From Crocinitomicaceae bacterium (GTDB taxonomy: Bacteria > Bacteroidota > Bacteroidia > Flavobacteriales_D > Parvicellaceae), in contig NYYE01000011.1 in NCBI GenBank assembly GCA_002686655.1, positions 1 to 45,607 of the forward strand: a stretch of 45,607 bases of DNA. The letters run 5' to 3'. The translations under genes were made by a program, and so were the position numbers. Within the stretch, counting starts at the first letter, position 1, and the number at the start of each line of letters is the position of its first letter. Below the pieces are notes generated by a model, which saw only the letters and a program-made list of their open reading frames with translations, did not search any database and was not told the origin of the DNA. Positions 44,444-45,607 of the stretch are shown here, one piece after another.

Positions 44444-44836
44444 TTAAGCTTTATCAATTATTAGTGTTACATGATTAGATCTCTTTCTAATCCTGTGAGC
44501 TCTACCTTGGGGAGCAGCTTGAATTCTTTTAAGCATTCTAGCACTATCTACATTTATACTTTTAATTACAAGGTTGGCAGATGTAGCATCTTCACCGTCA
44601 TTTTTTTGTTCCCAATTATTTATGGCAGACAACAATAGTTTTTCTAGATTTCTAGATGCATGTTTAGGACTAAACTTTAAAATATTTAATGCCTTATATA
44701 CATCTTCTCCTCTAACCAAATCAGCAACTAATCTCATTTTTCTAGGAGAAGTTGGACAACTATTCAACTTAGCAATAGCTTGAGTTTTTCTTGCCTCTTT
44801 TATTTTTTCTGAACTATTTCTTTTTCTTGCACCCAT
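44444..44836 (-). CDS. rplV: 50S ribosomal protein L22
   Basis: '...[14 protein letters not shown]...[15 protein letters not shown]'. Confidence 0.96.
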   Translation of the reverse strand: MGARKRNSSEKIKEARKTQAIAKLNSCPTSPRKMRLVADLVRGEDVYKALNILKFSPKHASRNLEKLLLSAINNWEQKNDGEDATSANLVIKSINVDSARMLKRIQAAPQGRAHRIRKRSNHVTLIIDKA

Positions 44837-44860
44837 TTCTAAGTTTTAAACCCTTAATAA

Positions 44861-45124
44861 TTATCTCTTACCTCCGTGTCCTCTAAAGTTTCTAGTCGGA
44901 GCAAATTCTCCTAACTTGTGTCCTACCATGTTTTCTGTAACAAATACTGGTATAAATTTCATTCCATTATATACAGCAATTGTAAGATTTACAAAATCTG
45001 GTGTAATAGTAGAAGCTCTTGACCAGGTTTTTATGACAGTCTTTTTAGAAGATTCCTTAGCCTCTTCAACTCTTTTCATTAATTTATAATGAACAAATGG
45101 TGGTTTTTTTAATGATCTAGACAT
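44861..45124 (-). CDS. rpsS: 30S ribosomal protein S19
   Basis: '[11 protein letters not shown]...[15 protein letters not shown]'. Confidence 0.97.
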   Translation of the reverse strand: MSRSLKKPPFVHYKLMKRVEEAKESSKKTVIKTWSRASTITPDFVNLTIAVYNGMKFIPVFVTENMVGHKLGEFAPTRNFRGHGGKR

Positions 45125-45127
45125 TAT

Positions 45128-45607
45128 TTATTTCTTTTTTCTATCAATTATAAATCTATTTGAAGCTTTTGTTTTACTTCTTGTTTTGTACCCTTTTGCA
45201 GGTAAACCTTTTCGTGATCTAGGATGTCCACCAGATGCTCTACCTTCTCCACCGCCCATAGGGTGATCTACTGGATTCATCACAACACCTCTAACTCTTG
45301 GTCTTCTTCCTAGCCATCTATTTCTTCCAGCTTTACCAGAAACTTGAAGGCTATTTTCAGAGTTAGATACTGAGCCAATTGTAGCAATACAAGATGTAAG
45401 AACCATTCTAACTTCACCAGACGGTAATTTTATAATAGCATATTTTCCATCTCTCGCATTTAACTGGGCAAAAGAACCAGCACTTCTTGCAATAGCTCCT
45501 CCTTTGCCAGGAACCATTTCTATATTATGAATAATGGTACCCAAGGGAATATCTTTTAAATACATGGCATTACCAACTTCAGGCGAAGCCTTAGCTCCAG
45601 ACATAAT
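45128..45607 (-). CDS. rplB: 50S ribosomal protein L2, C-terminal part (5' end beyond the window)
   Basis: '...[29 protein letters not shown]...'. The frame stays open to the window edge, so the track's Met is internal. Confidence 0.96.
   Translation of the reverse strand: MMSGAKASPEVGNAMYLKDIPLGTIIHNIEMVPGKGGAIARSAGSFAQLNARDGKYAIIKLPSGEVRMVLTSCIATIGSVSNSENSLQVSGKAGRNRWLGRRPRVRGVVMNPVDHPMGGGEGRASGGHPRSRKGLPAKGYKTRSKTKASNRFIIDRKKK

Noticed and set aside
34397-44783. ORFs 34397..34687, 34998..35201, 38552..38743, 41681..41995 and 44574..44783 (plus strand), and 39952..40140 (minus strand, alternate frame)
   Set aside because: All are embedded in ribosomal protein, rpoA or secY genes, either on the opposite strand or in an alternative frame of rplR. 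They are Ser/Leu/Phe-rich shadow ORFs.

Overview
The window is a visibly AT-rich, very gene-dense (about 66 genes, almost no intergenic DNA) chromosomal segment. It looks like a streamlined marine Flavobacteriia (Bacteroidota) genome: gldB/gldC, a T9SS C-terminal sorting domain, TAnnTTTG -7 boxes, and a MerR-crtI-crtB-crtZ-crtY zeaxanthin cluster.

Gene content from left to right:
- A truncated sensor histidine kinase and a thioredoxin-type ArsC.
- The carotenoid operon, headed by a CarH-like B12 photoreceptor-type regulator, with a divergent TonB-dependent receptor.
- A minus-strand LVIVD/T9SS - ATL - Mrp - NifU string.
- GT2 - pyrC - two lipoproteins.
- An hpt-adk-obg-PAP2-crcB operon, divergent from purK-purE-FNR-ferredoxin.
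- nadE, an outer-membrane barrel, then gldB-gldC-trmB. trmB is split by an A11 homopolymer frameshift.
- An outer-membrane protein plus a ComEA-HhH/beta-barrel pair.
- Monomeric icd, and carA-eno-GH25 muramidase.
- The spc/alpha ribosomal protein cluster from rplB (partial) to rplQ. I hand-called rpmJ and rpmD, which are missing from the ORF track.

I found no tRNA, rRNA, CRISPR array, transposase/integrase, prophage or recognisable defence island, so this is core chromosome.

The best candidates for under-described biology are:
- the ComEA-like HhH domain fused to a large outer-membrane barrel, together with its partner OMP;
- the CarH-type regulator, plus a 29-codon membrane mini-ORF that exactly fills the crtZ-crtY gap;
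- the CxxC-less Mrp paired with NifU;
- the frameshifted trmB;
- the mirrored hpt/purK promoter region, which contains an inverted repeat.

All calls rest on reading the translations and the sequence by eye. No searches were run.
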